NCBI GenBank assembly: GCA_028534125.1
Contig: CM052816.1
Span: 54,748,001 to 54,812,000, forward strand
Origin: Lama glama
Taxonomy: Eukaryota
Length of the DNA stretch: 64,000 nucleotides
Reading direction: 5' to 3'
Shown: piece after piece, positions 38,219-51,684 of the stretch
Layout of the letters: each line of letters opens with the position of its first letter
Position numbering within the stretch: position 1 is the stretch's first letter
Program-made: the position numbers and the translations under genes
The notes under the pieces: generated by a model
What the model was told of the DNA's origin: nothing
Database searches by the model: none
Seen by the model: only the letters and a program-made list of their open reading frames with translations

Positions 38219-38922
38219 TCTGTGTTAGGGTTCTCTGGAGAAACAGAACCAATAGGATACACACACACACACACACACTCTCACATATATAAGAATAGAT
38301 TTGGGGTGGTATAGCTTAGTGGTAGACCGCATGCTTAGCATGCATGAGGTTCTGGGTTCAATCCCCAGCAGTTCCTCAATAAGAAATAAACCTGTTTATC
38401 CCTGCCCCCCAAAATGCTAAAAATGAAAAAGGGGATTTATTGTAAGAATTGGCTTACTTGCTTATGGAGGCCAAGAAGTCCCACCATCTGCTGTCTGAAA
38501 GCTGGAGAATAGGAAAGCAGTGGTATAATTCAGTGAGTCCAAAGGCCTGAGAACCAGGGAGCTGATGGTGTAGCTCCCAGTCCAAGGCCCCCTGAGAATT
38601 GGGGGGCTGATGGTGGAAGTCCCAGAGTCTGAAGGCTTGAGAACCAGGAGCTCTGATGTCCCATGAAAGGGGAAGATAAATTAATGTTCCAGCTCCAAGG
38701 AGAGAGAATTCCCCTTTCCTGCATCTTTGTTCTATTTGGGCCCTCAACACATTCGATGATGCTTGCTCACGTTGGTAAGGGTGATCTTCTTTACTCATTT
38801 TGCAGGTTCAAATGATTATCTTTTCTGGAAATACCCTCACAGATATACCCAAAAATAATGTCATACTGGTTTCTGGGCATCCCTTAGCCAGGTCAAGTTG
38901 ACACGTAAAATTAACCTTCATA
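38219..38922 (-). mobile_element. MLT2-like (ERVL) LTR
   Basis: gttagggttctctggagaaacagaaccaatagg(CA)n ... gtcaagttgacacgtaaaattaacc. Confidence 0.88.
38302..38430 (+). mobile_element. tRNA-Ala-derived SINE inserted in an MLT2-like LTR
   Basis: Same head; interrupts the LTR. Confidence 0.85.
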
Positions 38923-39106
38923 CCTTCCAGTATATTTTGGCTAAGAGATTTCATACTCTAAGAAACAACAGTAAGGCACTCTAGAAAATCAATATGAGCT
39001 ATTTGGAGAGAGCATATGCATTGTTAAACTGAGAAAATCAGCAACTGTCCCAATCATACAAAGGCCAACCTAAAGTCATCCTGGGATTCCTGAGAGGCAG
39101 AGGTGA

Positions 39107-39678
39107 TGAAACAGAGCAGGACCCTGTGGGGGTCCTCCCTGGGACAAATCCCTTCTGTGTCCCCTGTTTCTTGTTTGTAGGAAATAGCCTTCATTCAGCC
39201 TGCTTGACCTTCCCTGAGTTCCAAAGGGCAGATTCAAACAGTTGCTAATCAGGGAAGGGAGGGAATGCAGAGATGAGGGAGAAACAGTCAAGAAAAAACA
39301 GTGCAGCCTTGGGGCAGAGTCCTGGTTCCTCCTCAAGGGATACACATAACAAAATATCTGTGAGTTCTTCTGCAGGAACCAAGGCCCCCACCTAGGTGGG
39401 GGATGGTAACTTAGGCTGAGCACAAGATTCCTGGAGCACCGCTCTCTTACCTCAGCACCAGCCAATCAGAAGAAAGTCACACACCCGGCAGCCCCCACCC
39501 CACATTTTGTCTATAAAAACTTTCCCCGAAAACCATCAGGGAGTTTGGAGTTTCTGAACGTGAGCTTCCCATTCTCCATGCTTGATCTTGCAGTAAACCT
39601 TTCTCTGCTCCATACTCTAACATTTCGATTTGTTTGGCCTCACTGGGCCTCGAGCACACGAACTTGTGTTCGGTAAGA
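39107..39678 (+). mobile_element. Solo ERV1-type LTR
   Basis: tgaaacagagcaggacc...ccaatc...ctataaaa...agtaaa...ttcggtaaga; TSD gtga/gtgg. Confidence 0.85.
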
Positions 39679-40100
39679 GTGGGGTCTGTCCCCTCAACCC
39701 ACTGCAGGACCCCCCGCTGGGCCGCCACCTCCCCACCATTAATAAGGCACTGGCGGGCTCTACACCTACAGCAGTCTATCCTCTGCAGCTCAGACGGCTC
39801 TAGCGTCACCTGTTACTAAGTCCTAGTTTCTGTAACAGAGGTGATGGATTTTTCAAAGTGCTGATCAGCAGTTAGACCACCCAATACTCACCAGAACCTC
39901 TCAAAATACAGACAACTTTCACCATTCAGAGTTGTGTGGTTTGCCTCTCGGAATGTGTGAGGACTACCACAAATCCTTACTTAACCACAGCCCAAGTCAT
40001 AAAAATTACATCATGAACCTCTAATTAGGGCCTAACCCCACACAGATATACCAACATACACATTACGGTTCTTGTCTTTCAGTGACAGAAGGGAGATGTG

Positions 40101-40484
40101 TATTAAACATCAAAATTCAAACGAGTAAATTTGAATCTAATTGGCCTTATTCAAAGGTTCAGGAATCAGGCAGCATCTCACTGACCACTAGGAGGGCACT
40201 CCAAGAGGGTATTTCCAGGTAAGAGGAGGGTGGGGGCAAGAAGTTATTGGCAAAAGAAAAGAAAGGATTGTTTCAAGTCAGGTCATCTTTTTTTAGGGGA
40301 AGGGAGCCACAGTGGCCTTTGTCAGGCAGGTTACCTCAGGGTGGATCAGGAAATTTAAGACTATCTTAAAGGTTACATTTTGGGTAGGGGTTAAAACTGC
40401 TATCAAGTCTTGGTTGCTGTCAGGGGAGGGGAGGCGTGGGGCGGGGGATGAATCCATTTTGGGTGTGTAGTGTTTTTTTCAACA
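40101..40484 (-). mobile_element. Solo ERV1-type LTR (MER31/MER67-like)
   Basis: Ends in ...tcaaca; perfect 4-bp TSD tgtg (40097-40100, 40485-40488). Confidence 0.7.
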
Positions 40485-40873
40485 TGTGTCATGCCAGACA
40501 AAGACCTCAGTGATTTGGTCTTTTTTCTACAGCACGAACTTCTAAAACATTAAAGTACGCACAGGCTTTCCCTCTCTTGGAGACCACTAGAGCACATCCT
40601 TTGAGAGTTGCTTGAGTCCTGTTAAGTACTTTTTTGCCTTTTGTAAGTTCCAGGCACCAGAAAAGTGGAGTTTGGGGGAGCTTGGTTCCTCTCAACTTTC
40701 CAGAACGAAGACCATTTTTATAACGGTGGAAACATGATCAAACATATATCAAAGTACAGGAGTCAGCGATGCAAAAATCAAGTTATCCTTTCAATTGCTA
40801 AGTCTTTTAAAAGCAAAAAAAAATTTTTTTTTCTTATTCATGAGTGGGAAAGAAGCCCCGGGGAGGGAGCTGA

Positions 40874-41307
40874 TGAAGGGGAGCAGTGTGTGCCACCCCA
40901 GACTGGCCTCTTTGGCAAAGCCTTATTCTGAGGAATTGCGGATGTAGGAGCAGCTCTGAGAACAGAAACCAAGTTACCCTTTGTGAGGGAAATTCACGTG
41001 AGAAAGGGGGCTTGGCAGGAAGAGCACTCTTTCTAAAGACGACTTTTTTTTTTTCACTCCCTGAGAACTGCCCGCACCCCAACCCCTCAGCATCTTTGTC
41101 TTCAGCTGAAGGTAGTGTTTAAGGTAGTGGCTTGGGCCACGTGGGGGAGTTTTACTCAGTTTTCCTGGGCATCGCCTGTGTGTACATGCAGCATCCCTGT
41201 TAAGCAACTATTTGTTTTTTCCTCCTGTTAATCTTTGATTCCAGGGGGCCTCGATCAAGAACTCAAAGGTTCGGGGAAAATTAAATTATTCTGCCTTCCC
41301 TACTACA
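40874..41307 (+). mobile_element. MER34-like ERV1 LTR (internally shortened)
   Basis: tgaaggggagcag...gccacccc start and ccttccctactaca end; homologous to 42608-43152. Confidence 0.8.
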
Positions 41308-42607
41308 GTGGCTCAGGGTTATAAAGAACAACAGTCCTCTGGCTTGGATGAGGGGGTGGTTCAGTCCTCCTGGGAGAGGCACAGGCCTTGGCTGCAGCAA
41401 TCTTTGCGCCCAGGCCCCCGCTGGCTTCTGGTCCAAGCTCCTTGTCCTCCTTACGTGGCTTCTTCTCAGGATCACTCATTCATATCCCTTAAAGAGCTCA
41501 GACCAGTAGGGATTGGCAGTATCTTCAACAATAACCTTGTCCTGTGGGCCAACAGAGAGGAAGCACTGACAGCTTTCCTTGGGGGTGCTGGCGTGGTATA
41601 AAGACCTTTATCCATACAAGTAACACTCACGCCTGTCACTCAGTGTGGGAATTAGTTAAGACAAGCCCCTTTTAGAGGCACTGTGAAAGGCTGGTTTTGC
41701 CTCCAAACATCTTTCCCTAATTTTGGCTCCTCCTATACATTTCCACTAAAAGCCTTTTCTGGACCATGAAGAAGGAAGCTTAACTTACCTCCTACCGCCT
41801 GTCGGTTCCTGTTGCTCGCCTAGTGCTAGCTGTAGGGAAGTGGGAGGTTTATTCTCAAGATGAAGCTTAACTGTATGTTAATTTGATTCCTTTCCCAGAA
41901 ATCTGTAGTAAGGGGAATGTATTAAAAAAAAATCACATCTATAAACTGTTAAGACAACAAGCATTGTTTCAAGGTATTTACCTCTGTCAGAAATATGTAT
42001 AGCCTGAAACAATCATTAGCCGATTCTACTTTTTAAACTTTGAATTTTCCAAATTCTGTCAGTCTTACCTTTAAGCTCATTGTGCCCAAGAGCACAAGCT
42101 AACCCAGCTTACTAGTACTTGGTAATCCCCACAGAAAATATAAGCCTGTTGAATGAACAGAACACAAAGTGCTGGGTTGGGGGGGTTCCTAGCCTGACAG
42201 TTTGGATCACTGTTAAGGTGGAGACAGCTGATCGGTCCCCAAGAATCATTGCTTCCTTTCTTTAGGTAGTGGAACCACCCCCCTCTCTACCCCACGGTTT
42301 AACCAGGCACAGGATTGCCTAGTTAAGGATCTTACTTCCCCGCCTCTCTTGATGCTAGTTGTGGCCGCATAAGTTTTGACTAAGGGGATGGAAATAGAAA
42401 TGACATAAGGAACTTGAAACAAGATGACTTGATCTGGACTTCTTTCCCTCTTCCTGCTGGCCAGGAATCAGTGACAAGGACAGAGCAACTGGCCAGCTGG
42501 GATCCCTGGATAACCCTGTGGGACTGCTCACTTACCTCTGAGAAAACAACCTTCTCCCTTGTTTCAGCAACAGGGTTTTGGATCTTTTGGTCACAGCAGC
42601 TGCCTCT

Positions 42608-43152
42608 TGAAGGGAGCAGAATTTGCCACCCCCAAACTATGCCTCTCTGGTATAAGGATTACTGCGAGCTGGTTATTTCTGACAAATAGCAGACATAGCA
42701 GAAGCTCAGAAAAGCAAGTAAAGCTACCCTTTTGTAAAAAAAAAGACATCGACATTTGTAAGGGAAATCTCCAATTGTTCAGGGTATTTCTCTCTCTGTA
42801 CCAGGAAGAGAAGGATGACTAAATCCCTACAGACTTATCACTGGAGAAGTCAGAGACTTCCATCTGCATAACCATATCCGCACTTACTGTGCTTTGCCTG
42901 ATTGCCTCCTGTAACTGCTCCCCCAGCCCCCCACATCTTTTGTCTTTAGCTGGAGGTATTATTTAGGGTGGTATCTAGGGCCATTTAGGGGAGTTACTAA
43001 GTTTTTCCTGTGTGTCTCCCATGGATATATGAGATATATGAGTTATTAAGCCTCTCTTTGTTTTTCTCCTGTTAACCTTTTATTATGGGGGTGGGAACGC
43101 TCAGTCAAGAACCTAGAAAGGTAGAGGGAAAATTATTTTTCCTCCCCATAAA
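42608..43152 (+). mobile_element. MER34-like ERV1 solo LTR inserted in an MLT1-like LTR (about 42200-43172)
   Basis: tgaagggagcagaatttgccacccc start; TSD ctct (42604-42607, 43153-43156). Confidence 0.85.
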
Positions 43153-43188
43153 CTCTATACCTTAACCAGTACAGCTACAGATGTATTA

Positions 43189-43716
43189 CAGTCAACCCTT
43201 GAACAATGGGGTTCGGGGGTGGGGTGGGGGGACAGGGTTAGAAGCCACCCCCGACCTTCTGCACAAAAATCTTGAGTATAACTTTTGACTCCCCTAAAAT
43301 TTAACTATTAATAGCCTACTGTTGACCTTAAGTCTTAACAATAACAGACACACTTGATTAACACATATTTTGTGTATCATATATTATATACTGTATTCTT
43401 ACAATAAAGTAAGCTAGAGAAAATGATTATTAAGAAAATTATATGGAAAAGACATTTATAGTACTGCACTGTATTTATCAATACTGTAAGCTTATTGTCT
43501 GTTTACAAAATAATTCGGGTCTGTCAGTACCAACTTCAATATTGTCTTACATGATACAAAACAGTGTAGGTGTTGTACATATTATTAAAACTAGCTATCA
43601 AAAGTGAAAAGATGTAAAAAAGAAATTTATGTTTCTTCACAGTTATTTATTTAAAAAAAAATCCACATATCAGTGGACCCGCACAGCCCAAACCCGTGTT
43701 GGTCAAGGGTCAACTG
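43189..43716. mobile_element. Tigger2a-like TcMar DNA transposon
   Basis: TIRs cagtcaacccttgaacaa / ttggtcaagggtcaactg, TA at the left end. Confidence 0.9.
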
Positions 43717-43754
43717 CACTTCTTTTCCCCAAAAGCCCCACCAAGAACCTTCTC

Positions 43755-44630
43755 TCCACTAAATGATTCGGATTTATTCAGACAACTTAAAAGTCAATTG
43801 AATGTAATTCAGTAACATTTATTTTACATAAAACAAATTTTTCAAAGAATACATTTAAAAAGCATCCAGATACTGATTTTATTGCATTAGAAAAAAATTG
43901 AGAGGCACAATTGAAATATTCCAATAAATTGTGAGGGGTGGAAGTGGGGGCCTATGATCACTATCCACGTTGTTCCTTAGTCACTTAAAGGCTCTGGGGA
44001 CAAGAGTCTCTTTCATGAGGCAGTAGTGCACTTCATTTAGTAGGAATAAATCACATAAAATATATACTTTTATACAGAAAATGTTACTGTTTTGTCACTT
44101 TCAATTACTTATAAAAACTTCATTTTGAATTGCACAAAAGTTCTCTTTAAAATCGATAACTCCCAGAAGGCAGGGCTTAGAACCAAGTGTCTATCTAAAT
44201 AATTCATTACAAATAATTCAGTTTCCATTTCTCCACAGATTAAAAAAAAATCTATGAAGAGTTACATTATTCAAATGGGACATTTAAAATTTTTTTCATA
44301 GGAAAATAGGTTTACACATTTGTCCCTAGTCAGCTAAAAGTTATTTTCTCCCTACTTTAAAACCAATCACGGAATGTCCAACGTTTTAAATCAGAGTACC
44401 TATACCAGAGTATAACGTGGCCATGTTTACATTAATTCATCTTGTGTTTCATTCTACTGCAGTATCAGATTATCAAAAAGGCACATGGGTACATTCTTCA
44501 GAACAGTTTTGGTCTTTAAAAAAAATCACACGTTTATAAGCAGTGATTTCAATCATGTTTAAAAACAAAAATACTAAACAGATTCAATTCCTAATCCACG
44601 TGATAGAGAATCCATGATTGTGCAGGCACT
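43755..44630 (-). other. IQGAP2: IQGAP2 3' UTR (approximate 3' end)
   Basis: AT-rich unique sequence from the stop codon to an AATAAA at 43778-43773. Confidence 0.75.
43773..43778 (-). terminator. AATAAA polyadenylation signal of IQGAP2
   Basis: tttatt on the plus strand, ~855 nt past the stop, with G/T-rich sequence downstream on the minus strand. Confidence 0.7.
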
Positions 44631-44744
44631 TCACTTCCCATAGAATTTCTTATTCAGCAGGTATATGAGAAGGTTTACATTCACTTTAACCTTGTCAAAC
44701 ATTTTCATTACAGCTACTCCTTCATATTGCATCTGAAGTAAATC
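44631..44744 (-). CDS. IQGAP2: IQGAP2 last coding exon (114 nt): DLLQMQYEGVAVMKMFDKVKVNVNLLIYLLNKKFYGK*
   Basis: atttcag| acceptor; canonical IQGAP C-terminus LLNKKFYGK followed by TGA at 44633-44631. Confidence 0.98.
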   Translation of the reverse strand, partial: DLLQMQYEGVAVMKMFDKVKVNVNLLIYLLNKKFYGK

Positions 44745-44857
44745 CTGAAATTGTAAGGAACATCAATCAAATCTCCAATCTGGCATTTTGTCCACTTAAA
44801 ACACACCCTAGAAGAATCTGTTGACAAAAATACGGTTCAACTGATCCAACGAGGTGG

Positions 44858-45046
44858 GGGGTTCTTAAATTTCAGTATGCCCCAGAATCACCTTGTTTGA
44901 AAAAACAGGCTAGTTAAAAGAGATTGCTGGGCCCCACCCCCGGGAAGCTCTGATTTTGTCTCCCTAGGGTAGGGCCCAAGAATCTGCATTTTAACAAGTT
45001 CCCAAGTGATGGTGCTGTTGTTGGTCTGGGTGCCGTACTTGGAGAA
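44858..45046. mobile_element. MER5A-like element
   Basis: agattgctgggccccacccc...gggcccaagaatctgcattttaacaagttccc. Confidence 0.85.
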
Positions 45047-46792
45047 TTATCTACCTCGATGAAAGAAAAAAGATTTTTAGAATTGATAAGGACTGTATGG
45101 AAGAGAATCATTACCATTAAGTTAATATTAGATATAGAATTCTAAGTTTAATTTTTAATTGAAAAACTCAGCACATACATATCACAGCAAGATGAGGTAT
45201 ATCCTTTAGAATACCCAGTGTTTAGTTCTAAAGTGGAGCAAGACAATTTATTGGGGAGCAAAAAGAGTATGAGAACTCCTATTTATTTTTATTTTTTCCT
45301 CACTCCTTAAACATTTACATTTTGTATATATTTTATAAAGTACGTTTTGAATAAAGTGGTAAGAGCATGTATACTTCATAAATTAAAAAGTACGTACAAA
45401 TTGGGTGACATGATCTGCTATTCACTGATAAAACTGTGAGACTGAAATTTGGAGACCACTGTGCAAAGCACACCCTTCTAATCTAGACTACTTCCTTTCC
45501 AGTATCGAGAACAAGCCCCCATTCTCAAGTAAGTTTATCATTCTGTGTTTCAGTGCTGCTGTATAAACAGAAGGAAGTAAGCTCTCCTGCTAAAATTAAT
45601 AACTGGGTCACACCAGCCATACTTAAGAGACTTAGTAGTAACATTTTACAATAACATGGGATGGGAGGCCTTTCCCAAAGACATCATTTCTGAACTGCCC
45701 TAGACTAATGTCCAGGTTTTATTTTCCTGTTTCTAGCTCTGGAAACTTCTTGCTTCTTTTTTGCCCCTTGCTTCTTAATGACTATGCCTTGTGTCTATAG
45801 TAAGCAAGGCTGTCTGCAGAAGCTGGAGTCATCTTTGAGGGAAATTTGGCTCTTGCCAGATTCTTCCTCCAGCTCCTCAATTATCTCCAACTGCTCCCAA
45901 CTAAACCCCTACATTATTTAGGTATGCTTCTCGGATGGAAATTCCAAGGGAATTGAAGATATTTCATCAAGAATGCTTATGCCTATTAAAGTGTAATGGA
46001 GATTCACTTTGCCTTTGAGAAAGGCAATATCTATAAAGTCTCTTGGAAAAGAACAAAGCCAATATGGTTTAAGCTGAGAAGGAATGGTGTATAGAAGGGA
46101 ATTAGCTGGGCCTCCAATGTGGGGGACAGAGGAACTAACGCACTTGGGGTTGGAAGACCAGATTTGAGCCTCAGCTCCACCATTTGCTATCTTACAACCT
46201 TGCAACATCATATAACTTCTCTGAAGTTCTGTTTTCTTCTGTGTAAATTGGGGCTAACATGGCCAAGATCATAGGCACGTCATTGGGCATATGAGATCAA
46301 GGAAAATGCAAACTCTTTGTAAGCCATCCTTGTTTTATCAAGACCAACTGGAATCCTGTGAGAGAGGCAGTGGAGTAGAGTGATGAAGGGTTTGGAGTCC
46401 AGCTGCCCCTTCTATAATGTGCTCTCTGAACCCCAGCTTTTCCTCTGGGACAGGAAGAATGCCAAGCCTGAAGCCCTCGATAAACACTGGCCATTATTTG
46501 TACAAGCAGAACATCTTCAGGTAAGTCACACCTTCCTGTTGTGCATATGCTATAGGATAGAATTAGGATGTCATCTGCAGGAACTGAGGAAAGAGTAGGC
46601 TGAGGAAAACCTAGAAATATGATGTCAGAAGGAAGGAATCTCCCTTTGTCCTGTTAGAAACAAAATCCTTGACTCACCCTAAGACCTGGCCATCACACTT
46701 CTCGTTGGTAATTCCTTCCGTAATATATAATTACCTGAAAGCCGTGTGTGTGTAAACAAAAGTCTGACTTGGTGTCTAACAGCTACTATATG

Positions 46793-46918
46793 CAGGGCTG
46801 GCTCACTGGGCATTCGACCTGCACTTAGTTCAATGCTCTTGAAATTCTCACCAATTTCAAACAAGGGGCCCTGCATTTTCATTTTGCACTGAGCCCTGCA
46901 AATTATGTAGCTGGTCCT
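46793..46918. mobile_element. MER53-like hAT element
   Basis: cagggctggct...ggccctgcattttcattttgcactgagccctgcaaattatgtagctggtcct. Confidence 0.75.
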
Positions 46919-47714
46919 AATGATATGTTAATGGCTTAAAAAGTCTGGAGCATATGAGCCACCTGCATATGGCTAAGGAGTAATATTTCACAATTGTGTG
47001 TCTAAATGAATGGCGTGAATAGCTAATCCTACTGCCAATCTTTAACAAAGGAGCAAGTGAAGCTTGGTATTTGCACGAGGGTTAAAAGAAGTCTGATGGA
47101 ATTCCTGATGCCTCTCTAAACAGGTGTCTCCTGGTCCCTGTGACTCATCTCTCTGGTTGATGTTGATTGGCCTTGGCTCATTTCCTTCTTGGCAGTCACA
47201 TGATATGTCTTTGCTGGAGAAGAACCACTAACCAAGGTGTATCACCACAAGCACATTCTCTTCTCTGCCCATATTTATCTAAGTGTTATAAAAGATAACT
47301 CAAGACTTTCAGTTAAGTTTTTAGATGGATACACTTAGTGATATTTAAAATAAGTTAGAAAACAATACTGTTTACTTAAGTATAATTTTCATAATTACAT
47401 ACATGGTATCTTCAGTTTTCTCTCTGAACTCTAATTTACTCCATTATCTCAATGTCCTTAACAAACCCATTTAGCTCCTTTTTTTTTTTTTTTTGAAGCT
47501 GACAAGGAATGCTAGACAGAAAAGAAGGGCCTTGCTATTTTACCATGGGGTGGGGGTGTAACTTCAGAAATCTCAGCCACAGGCTAAGCAGGCAGTGAGG
47601 CTAGAACTTACATCACGCCCAGAGGCTTATCATGATGATTCATGCAGACACATGCAGAGGCCATTTTACAAGTAGTTTGGGGCCCAGGAAAATAGGTGTT
47701 ATTTCCATTTAAAA

Positions 47715-47810
47715 CTTTTTTTCTGTTTTTTTAAATGGAGGTACTGGGGATTGAACCTAGGACCTTATGCATGCTAAACATATGCTCTACCACTGAGCTA
47801 TACCCTCCCC
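47715..47810 (-). mobile_element. tRNA-Ala-derived SINE (short form, no cctaattacc tail)
   Basis: tRNA head directly followed by A-rich tail. Confidence 0.9.
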
Positions 47811-48359
47811 GCAAAAAACCACACAAAACAGAAAAACTCAGTTACTTCTCTAAATTGATCTTGTGCTAAGGATTAAAAAATTGAGTGTAGGTAAACATTT
47901 GCTTGCACCTTCTATTTCTTTTTTTTGGTGGCACATAAACTGTTCTCCCAATTTTTGTTTAAGTATGTTTGGCTTAAATGTAGTTCTTACGAGAAAACAG
48001 CAATAATTCAGACTGCGAACACCATTTTTTCTACTTACTGATACCTGTGATCCCAAATATTTAACAAATGAAGTTAAGAAACTGATGTAAAAGTAATTCT
48101 AGGAAGGAAGAAAGAAAGCAGGAGAAATGAAATCAGGAAAGTTCCAATTCTGGGCACATGCTGTCTTAGAAAGAAATGCAATTTCCTAATAAAAGGAAAC
48201 TTTCTGGCTTTTATTTAATGGCTCTGAATACTTTTTATGTATATGATTCTTTAAGCTTCAAAATGGAAACATGGCTTAAAAAAACTGAGTTCTATGGTTT
48301 ACCATCTAAAATGTCTCCTATTATAAAAGTCACCCCAATTTGCAGAAATCCAAGTTTAC

Positions 48360-48468
48360 CTGAATATTGAGCTGCACCTTTTCCATCTCAACACCCAGGA
48401 ATTTTGATCTGACGTCGAAGATGCCCACATCTTCAGTAGATATGATATCAAATGTAACATTTTTAAAC
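48360..48468 (-). CDS. IQGAP2: IQGAP2 penultimate exon (109 nt): FKNVTFDIISTEDVGIFDVRSKFLGVEMEKVQLNIQ
   Basis: cttcactag| acceptor, CAG|gtaaac donor; in frame. Confidence 0.96.
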
Positions 48469-49541
48469 CTAGTGAAGAAAGGAACACTTACATATGCAGA
48501 ACTGCAAATACAGACTTAAAGCTGAAACATATTAATGGAATCCTAAGTTACCATTCTTAGTGAACAGCCTGCTGGGAAAATCCTAAGGAAGTTACCCAAA
48601 ACCTCCATCATCTTTCCCCGACTGGGCTCACTGGAGCATGGTTTAATGCCTCCTACTGAGATCTGTAGCTCACAGAGCACTGAATTAGGTGCTTTATTAC
48701 CAAAGAAAAGCAAACTATGGTCCTCGCTCTTGAACAGCATAGCATATAGTTGGAAATATCTGAGATTCACAGACTGTGAGAATTAAATATTGACCTATAC
48801 TGCTGATGGGCCAGTTAAGTATTTTTGATGATTACTTTTACAGAAACTTCAGAGAGGAAGGAGCATTTTCTCTTAGTCGGTGTAAGGCAAGAGAAGGTTT
48901 AATGGGATAAACGGAAGAGAAGCCAGGCCCTGGGGGAAGCAGGAGTTACAGAGGAGACACACCGTGATTCCGGCTTCCATGAAAGACAAGGGAGTGATGG
49001 GGCACAGGGCTGATGGTCCCTTTAAAACAGAGAATCCATTAGTGCCTGGTGTGGGTCTCGGGAGGAGGGTTGCTCCTTCACCTTAAATGCATGTGGTCAG
49101 AGCACAGTGCTGGAGTGGCCCTGAGCCAGGCACTGGCACGGCCTGTGGCCTTCCAATTAGAAGGGTACTGTTGTGCAATTGTAAATAACTCTCATCTAGC
49201 GAGACCAAAAGGCAGCCTTTCATTCTCACAGCTATGACTCAATTCTTCTGGAGGGAGAGGGGAGGCTGGCAAATCCAAACACACTGGATAAGCCACACTG
49301 GAAACACCATTCCTTGATCAGCACCTCACACGACCAGCAGCAGCAGATTCTCAAGGCCTGATGGGAAGACTAGAGATCATACTTCACGTGTTCTCCCCTG
49401 TCATCTGTGACCAAGGGGAAGCCCTGAGAGGCCAAATGAAGCTCTCTTCAAAGGCCACAGGGCACTGAAGACGTGTGAGTCAGATCTGATGTGAGCGACC
49501 AGAGGGCGCGGGGGTTTGTGCAGATCCCGGGTGGCACTCAC

Positions 49542-49679
49542 TGGTTTGTCTGGAGGTCGTCTATATCCAGGAGGACACCCTTCTCATGCAGCTTTGCTGC
49601 CGTGTACCTCACTGGCTTCGCTCGCTTCGCCCCTTTGGGTTCTCCTTTCCCATCGAGTTTGATTGATCTCCGAGTGTTT
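49542..49679 (-). CDS. IQGAP2: IQGAP2 internal exon (138 nt): NTRRSIKLDGKGEPKGAKRAKPVRYTAAKLHEKGVLLDIDDLQTN(Q)
   Basis: ttttgtcag| acceptor, |gtgagt donor; seen in track ORF 49538-49804. Confidence 0.96.
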
Positions 49680-50143
49680 CTGACAAAATATGAACAAACC
49701 ATCTGTCGCGATGACGGCAAACCCCAAAGTTCCTGGCGGTGCGATAACCATGCCCAGAGGGCATAGCACCGGCACAGCTGGCCCCCACTGCATCGAACGT
49801 GCAACTTTTTACTGCGTGACAGATGGTGACAACTTTCCCTAAGCAGTGGAACCTCACTCCTGAACTGTTTAAGGAAAAGCTATTTTGAATGTGACTCAAC
49901 TTTGAATTACAGACTAGTATTTTTCATAAAACTTGAACTCTGTTTTCTCAGGTATATTGAACCATGTGGTTCTATTAAGTCATTTTCCAAGCAGCTTTGG
50001 TGCCATGACATGAACTGCGCACATACTCCTAAGTCAAGGTATCACTAGAAGCGCTCTAATTTAACAAATACTATGTGGCCATCCCTGCCCTAAGTGCTTT
50101 TGAAATACTGCCTTGCATTTACAAAATTAACATTTCCATAGTG

Positions 50144-50296
50144 TTTTTTTTTAATTAGTTTTTGTCTTTTTTTAGGGGGAGGAAGTAATTGGGTTCACTT
50201 CTTTATTCATTTATTATTATTTTTAATGGAGGCACTGAGGATTGAATCCAGGACCTCGTGCATGCTAAGTATGCACTCTAAGCTATACTCTCCCCC
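50144..50296 (-). mobile_element. tRNA-Ala-derived SINE (long form)
   Basis: TSD-like catttccatagtg / catttacacagtg. Confidence 0.9.
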
Positions 50297-51215
50297 ATTT
50301 ACACAGTGATGTGAAATGAATTTCTTTCTTCTGTACTATTTCATTTAGCTCTCATAACAACAGTTGTGAGGCTGATACTCCTAATTCCCTTTTAAAGATT
50401 GAGGCTTCAGACAAATTCACTGGACTGGTTCAAGATCACACAACAAAACAAAGACTTGAAATCCAGCTCACCTGACTGCAGCACTTGTAAAGTGCCTTGA
50501 AGTTCTTGCAATAAATATGTAAAGAGAGCCCCTAACAACCTTATTTCTACGAACTATTAGCTCTATTGACTTCTTTGCTCCCAGGGATAGCGTAAAAATA
50601 ATTCACAAGGCTGCAAGCAAATGAATTAAAATTCAGAACTAGTGGGGTCCAGATAAATGAGGTTTAAATTTGGTTATTTTCCTTTATCAAATCTTCTATG
50701 ATTAATGCTGTTGATTTTTCCACACAGCACCATTTCCTATTGTCAATTGGACTACAAGGATTACATGAAAATATTGCATTACATATTTAAATAGGTAATT
50801 AAATTTTGATCAGTATTGACCTTAGTCTAGTGATAAGAATAATTATGAACAAAGACTACTCATTAAAAGTGGCTATACTGTGTATAAAAAAATCTGTAAT
50901 ATGTATGCTAATGGATAATAGAGTACTGAAAAAATTTTGTCTTTTGCATCAATAATGATTTTTAAAAACCACTAAGCAATTTAAAATGATTAAGCCGCAC
51001 TGTGCAACAGCAAATATCTGGCATTATCTAACATTATCAAGTATATAAAATACTGTTTATTGTAAACATCCCCAAGGGTAGCTGATTCTAGTTTTTGGTT
51101 ATATAAGGAAGCAAAAAATTTGCTACCAAGTCCAACCTGACAGCCCAGGACTGTAAAAGGTTTGATACCCCATATAAATCATGACATTACAAAAGAACAT
51201 ATGATTTTAACTTAC

Positions 51216-51376
51216 TTTCTTTTTAAGTTGTCTAAACAAGTCTTTATGTAGGTGTCATAATAATTAATTTGCTCCTCAAAAAATGCTGCCTTCTTGTTAA
51301 GTGCATTCAGGGTCTGCTGCAGTTTGGCCAATTCAGCTTTTCGAAGCTTTCGATGGATTCTTTGATTTCGAATATC
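51216..51376 (-). CDS. IQGAP2: IQGAP2 internal exon (161 nt): DIRNQRIHRKLRKAELAKLQQTLNALNKKAAFFEEQINYYDTYIKTCLDNLKR(K)
   Basis: gttttag| acceptor, |gtaagt donor; hallmark IQGAP motif DIRNQR. Confidence 0.96.
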
Positions 51377-51684
51377 CTAAAACAACAAGTAAAGGCCATG
51401 GTGTGAGATTTAACCAGGAGTTTGTTTTATAATATGGTCCATTTGGGACAAGAAGAATATCTAGTGTTAAATCACTGTTTGTGACTGTTAACTTGTAGTT
51501 TATTTTAGTCACTTCACTTTAATCTCTCAACACCAAAGTGTCCCCTTCCTTTTTACTTCAGAGGTGGGAGTGTCCCTATTTCACTTCAAGAGAGGTGCTA
51601 AGGTTTACTGTTTTCTTGATGGAAAAGCAAAGAAGCAATTTTAGAGTACCATTCAATTCATTTAAAGAGAAACAAGGTTTGAAA

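Noticed and set aside
40874..43152. Two same-orientation MER34-like LTRs as ends of one provirus
   Set aside because: The right LTR has its own ctct TSD and sits in an MLT1-like element; the copies are quite diverged and no gag/pol remnant was recognised between them.
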